DNA of 63,593 nucleotides, counting the filler, from Olpidium bornovanus S191 (Eukaryota; Fungi; Olpidiomycota), in assembly GCA_017911155.1 (NCBI GenBank). It is 29 parts of 29 records of this genome, joined end to end, with 100 filler letters (N's around TTAATTAATTAA, not from the genome) between each part and the next. Parts side by side here need not be neighbours in the genome. Positions count along the whole stretch, not along the records: positions 58,714 to 62,085 come from JAEFCI010012485.1; positions 62,186 to 63,593 come from JAEFCI010000914.1; 27 more parts are not named here. One strand, given 5' to 3'. The position numbers and the translations under genes were made by a program. The notes beneath the pieces are model-generated. The model ran no database searches and had not been told where the DNA came from. It worked only from the letters and a program-made list of their open reading frames with translations. Below, in pieces: positions 58,714 through 63,593 of the stretch; the first letter of the stretch is position 1; each line of letters starts with the position of its first letter.

Positions 58714-61100
58714 CATGACCAATTGTAGAATCCTGTTGACGGGCGAAACGGCTTATTCGCGCGAAGAACAAAAAAACTAACATACTCTTTAACAGAATCG
58801 TGCTTTTGCTGTTATTAGCGTCCCGCAGCTGGGGCACAATGTCTGCCAAGTCTTTGAACCCGGTTCGAATCAGGTTCCGCCGCTTCTGCTCGCTCGCGAT
58901 GTGATTAGCCCGCTTCGCCGCCTCGGTGAGCAAGTCTTTGGCCTGCTTGCGCTCTAGATCTTTCTCCCCGCCTTGTGGCACCGAGGCGTTCAAGCCGGAC
59001 ACGGTCGACTGAGCGTCGGGTGTTTGGGACCCGACTTCTGCGGCGGAGGGAACGGGAGACGGCGGCGGTGTTGCGGATGACCTGGATGAGGATGCATCGT
59101 GCGCGGAGGATTCCTGCGCCAGCTCTGCGGCATCATGACCCGGTTTCGAATACGCGCCTTGCCCGGCGGTCAGGCTGGCAGCATCCCTTGGCTGGTCTCG
59201 GCCGACATCGCCTCCAGGGTTTGACGACGAAGAGGGAGGGACTGGGACCTTGGCAACGTCAAGTTCACACGGTTTTCGGCCTTCGCATCCCCGGTTGTTC
59301 AGCGGTGCAAGCACCGAAGCATTCTCACGGATGATTGATATGGCCGCCTGGAACGGTGCGCAAGATGTGGCGCGGAGGGTGAGTCCTTCCGGCTGCGGGA
59401 TGACTCCTAACTTGCCAAATGAGAACAGCCGGGACGGCCTATTCCAGCCATCCGGCTGTATGTCCGTCGGCGGGGTTACCAGCCCGTCATCCGCCAACAT
59501 TTCCGCTACGCTCCTTCGCCTCGCAGTGGTGCCGCCAACGGACGTATCTTCCCCGTTCGATTGCACGAGTCCATCGCGTTCTGCTGTCCGACAATCGGAC
59601 TGAGGCCGGAACAACACTTGGGAACGGCCCGCTGTTAACCCTACTGCAAAATTTGGAGCCTCCACATGGAAATGCCCAGGTTCCGAAAGCGGTGTCTGCT
59701 GAAGAGGCGTGGCTGCCACAACGTAGCCTGCATCCGTTTTCCGGCGTTTTTCGGCGCTCGATTCCAAGGGTAATTCCATTCTACGCATTACTTCGCAAGG
59801 GACAGGAGCCGGAGGCAGCAGCGGGCCGGATGGGCCGGCTATCGGCGACGACATTCCGCCGGAGAGGTCCGTCAGACCGCCAAAGAAACGGGGGGACTCG
59901 ACGCAAAAGTCTTGGTCCAAAGCTAAGGTGTCCAGGAACTGGGAAAAATACCGCTGCTCCACCTGGTTGAAAAGCGGGGAAATGTCGTTTACCGGTTGGT
60001 CCCGGAGCGAATAGGACTCGAGGGCGAAAGGGTCAACCAGCGACGGTTCATCGACGGACATGCCGTTGTTAAGTCCGACAAACGCGTCCGGGTCAAACTT
60101 GAAATCTGCGGAGGGCACGCGCCGGAATTGCGCGCGACCGCTGTGTGAGCGGCCGTTGTTGCGGACATCTGTATCCATTTAAGGTGCAACGCTACACACC
60201 TTCCGCACGAAACTCCTCGAAAGGCGGCGGCGGTGGCACAGGCGCAGCCTGTGAAAAGAACGGCGCCCGCTGCGGCAGGTTGCTCACCGTCAGCATGGTC
60301 GACTCGAGCGCCTCTTTGTTCGCGCTAGTGGCGAAGACCGACCGACGCCGTGAGGAACGGGCGGTGCCGAGGTCGGTTTCGTAGGACGCCGAGGATGACG
60401 TGGGCGAAGTGGAGGAGAATGGCGCCGTCGCGAACTGGTAAGCGTCGTGACTGCGGTGGTAATGGCGGTGGTCGGTAGACTGCCCGCGCTCTTGGGGAAC
60501 GAAGTTGCCAGCTAGGATGCTCGTTTTGGCAGGACACGTGCCGTTGCTAGCAAATAGGTGCACCTGCTTGGACGACGCCACACCGGCAGTGGCCGCCGGC
60601 GGGTTCTGCCCGTTCGCCAGTGCCAGCGGCCGTCCTGAAGGGCGGTGTTCCCCGTACGCGCCGGCAGGCGAACGGAGCTGCTGCTGCTGCCACCGCCGCT
60701 GATCCGCGTCTGGCATACGACCAGCTTGATGATGCCAGTGGGCGCCAGCTTGCTTCCGACCAGACCTTGCACCGGGCAGAGCGTCGTAGAGGTCATCAAA
60801 CATGGGAAAAGAGGCGTGCACTGCGGCGTCTGCCTGCGACGCCCCTTGGAATGCCGAAGATTTGGCACCGGTGCCCAGGATCGCGTTGACGGATCGCGAA
60901 GGGGATGGCGGCTGTTGCTGCGGTTTCGTCTGTTGGAACTTAACGTGCTGCTCGGCATGGTGCTGCGGCTGTGTCTCGCTGGCGTCCTCGACCATTCCCC
61001 TGCGTGCGCGTGCGTGGTGGTGGAACCAGCCCCCCGATGCCGTCCGCGTCTTCCCGTCCGGCGGCCTCCGATGGTTGGGACCGGAGCGTTGGCGCCGTCG
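58714..61100 (-). CDS. bHLH transcription factor (Ino2/Ino4/MLX-like), partial; ORF 60192-61274 is probably upstream coding sequence
   Basis: KRANHIASEQKRRNLIRTGFKDLADIVPQLRDANNSKSTILLK, then a donor. The 5' extent is inferred. Confidence 0.85.
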
Positions 61101-61788
61101 CCGCCGCCGCCGAAGCCGCTGTTCGGTGCGGGCCAAGTCGCGCGCCGCCGCCGCCGCCGCGTGCCGCACGCAAAATGTCTTCCTGAGTCGAAACGCCCCT
61201 GAGCGACCCGGCCCGCCCGAAATTGTTTTGTGCTCACGAATTCTAAACGGGAGGAAAAAAAAGGAAAGAGACAAATAACCTGCCAGTCAGCGCCGGTTCA
61301 CGCAAGACTTGCATTGGCAGACAGCAGACAAAAACAATATCCTTTGTGCTCAGCCAACAGAAGAGATGGTTTTGGTCGTGGCAGGTTTGTGAGTCAGGGG
61401 GGTCTGGCCGTATCAATGCACTTACTTGCTTTTGATAGTCATTTAGTTTTTCGTGTTTTTTGGGGCTCCAGCAAGGGATTCAGGCATTTTGATTGGCAAT
61501 GTTAATCCCCCATAGACTCTTGATGTGCCCCACCTCTGCAACCAGATTACGGTCGTTACGACGATTGAGAAATTCCAAAAGAGATTTTGAAATTTCTTTG
61601 CTGCCAGCACTGTGGCTGTCCTCAAAACCTCTTGCGTTCTCAAAAAAAGTGAGGTCCCGGCTCCAAATGATCCGCTTGGTCCTAGGGTCCTGGGGTCCTG
61701 GGGTCGTGCCACTTTATTTTTTTGCCCTGATGCATTTCTCCTGCTTTGCAAATTATAATGGTACTCATTCCTTTGCTGAACAGCCACA

Positions 61789-62085
61789 GTGCTGGCAGCA
61801 AAGAAATTTCAAGCGAACGACACGGAAGTCGAGGCCGTCGACGTGAACTCGGCCTACCTCAACGGAGATCTGCACGAGGAGATTTACATCGAAATACCGG
61901 AAGGAGTGGCGACAAATGCCCCTGCAGAAGCCAGGCTGCGCCTACTCCGACTCTTGTATGGCTTGAAGCAAGCTGGAAAAACTTGGGCGGCGCGTCGCGA
62001 CAATGCCCCTCAAAAACTTGGATTCACACGTCGGGACGTACGACACGAGAGGAGGAACGAGCGAGCCAAAATGGATTCTCTCATG
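61789..62085 (+). mobile_element. Ty1/copia reverse transcriptase (RVT_2) fragment
   Basis: VDVNSAYLNGDLHEEIYIEIPEG..LLYGLKQAGKTW. Confidence 0.93.
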
Positions 62086-62370
62086 NNNNNNNNNNNNNNN
62101 NNNNNNNNNNNNNNNNNNNNNNNNNNNNNTTAATTAATTAANNNNNNNNNNNNNNNNNNNNNNNNNNNNNNNNNNNNNNNNNNNNCATGGCTGCCGGCGG
62201 TTGTTGTTGTTGTTGTTGCTGTGTGGCGTCTGTCCGAACGTGACAACGCCGGGCGCACGCAACTGCCGCGCGCCGCCCCGCTCGCGCCTCACCGGTCCCC
62301 TCCTTCCCTCCCTGCTGCTGCTGCTGCTCCCCCCGTTCAAGCAGCTGCAGAGCTCGCCGCCCGCGTAGTA

Positions 62371-63593
62371 ATGGCCGACGGCGTCGCCGCGCAGAAGCGC
62401 CCTCTGCCGCGCAGCCGGCCCCGCCCGCCTCCTCCGGCTGCTGCGCCGGAGGCGGCCGCCGGCGCCAAGCGCAAGCGGAACGAGAAGAAGTGGGACGGCA
62501 TCCTCAAGGTCGCCGCGAAGCGGATAGCCGCCTCCGCGTCGTCAGCGGCGGCAGCGGCAGCGGCAGCAGCTCCGCCGGAACGCAGCGAGAAGAGGCGGAC
62601 GAGGCCGGCAGAGGCCGGCGGCGAAGCCTCGTCCCGCGCCGCCGCAGGCGCCGGTCTCTCCAAGAAACGAACCAAAAAGAGCGGAACGGCGCACGACGCC
62701 GGCCGCCGTTCGGCGCCGAAGTCGGATGCCTCCGTCTCCGGAACCCGCTCCGACGACCGAACCGGCAGCAACGATTCTGATTCCGACTCCGCCTCGTCAG
62801 ATTCGTCGGGCGACAGCGACGCCTCGTGTTCGACGGCGGGCTCCGGCCGCGAGAGCCGGCGAGACGCCGAGCTGGAAAGGTTCCCGGACGTGCTGGTCGA
62901 GAGCGCGCCGCAGAAGCCGAAGAAATCGACTTCCGGCTTGCCGGACTGGCTGGCAAAGCCGTTGGCGATCGCCCCGGACTCGACGCGAAGCGTCTCGGAC
63001 CCCGAACTGAAGCTCTCCGACCGCATGATAACCCGCTGCGCCGACCTCGGCATAGAAGAGCTCTTTGCTGGTACGGGCGGGAAAAGGCGGACCGAGTTTG
63101 TTTGGTGCCCGTGGCTTTTCTAGAAGCTCGCGCAGACTTTATTTTTTGCCCCATATCTCTGGTGATTGCCCGCCGTGAATTTCGCAGTGCAGACGGCAGT
63201 CGTGCCGCGGTTGCTCCAGTCTCGGTATAACCCTCCGACTCGTCCTCCTGGTGATCTGTGCGTGTCTGCGCCGACGGGAAGTGGGAAGACCCTGGCCTAC
63301 GTTTTACCTATAGTCGAGGTTAGTACGTGTTCCGCGGACGCGCGTGACCGTTGAAATTGTTCGTTTTTAGTTCACATGTTCCGCTTCCTGGCCGCGCCAA
63401 AAAAAAGTCCCTGTCGTCGCGTGTGGTTGTTCGCCTACGAGCGTTGGTAATCCTTCCCACGCGTGACCTTGTCGCGCAAGTGAAAGAGACCTTTGATGCC
63501 TTCGTCCGTGGCACGAGTCTGCGGGTGGGCGCTGTCACCGGACAGTCGTCATTTGCCGCGGAACAGGCGCTGCTGGTGGACGTGAAGGACATG
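62371..63593 (+). CDS. DBP6: DEAD-box RNA helicase Dbp6/DDX51, N-terminal part
   Basis: LPDWLAKP; ELFA|VQTAV (Q motif); DLCVSAPTGSGKTLAYVLPIVE; RALVILPTRDLVAQV. Confidence 0.93.

Overview
This is not contiguous genomic DNA. It is 29 short contigs (about 1-4.3 kb) joined by an artificial 100-bp spacer (44 N + TTAATTAATTAA + 44 N), so gene neighbourhood across spacers is meaningless. The DNA is GC-rich, intron-rich and eukaryotic. An early-diverging (non-Dikarya) fungus is inferred from the plant/bacterial-type LeuA, gp78-like and BCAS3-like genes alongside fungal-type Def1, Iml2 and Gpa genes. Recognisable gene fragments: BCAS3-like, Rev1-type BRCT, group III G-alpha, Osh6/7, an eight-cysteine secreted protein, D-amino-acid oxidase, Def1-like, Iml2/TTC39, a Kin4-like kinase, an AMFR/gp78-like RING ligase, 2-isopropylmalate synthase, NASP/Sim3, DUF1772, Hsp104, Pex14, Tsr3, a bHLH factor and Dbp6. 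There are also many decayed copia and gypsy fragments with a CpG-deamination signature. The standout is a complete 362-bp miniature LTR retrotransposon (TRIM) at 41910-42271. It has a 5-bp target-site duplication, a half-tRNA-type primer-binding site and a polypurine tract, and each 132-bp LTR carries a 72-nt tRNA cloverleaf (Pol III A/B boxes plus terminator). It is inserted inside a copia integrase. Other notable items are a 5-nt microexon in the G-alpha gene, an unassigned structured-RNA candidate and a prokaryote-style eight-Cys domain protein. All family assignments come from remembered motifs; no database search was run.
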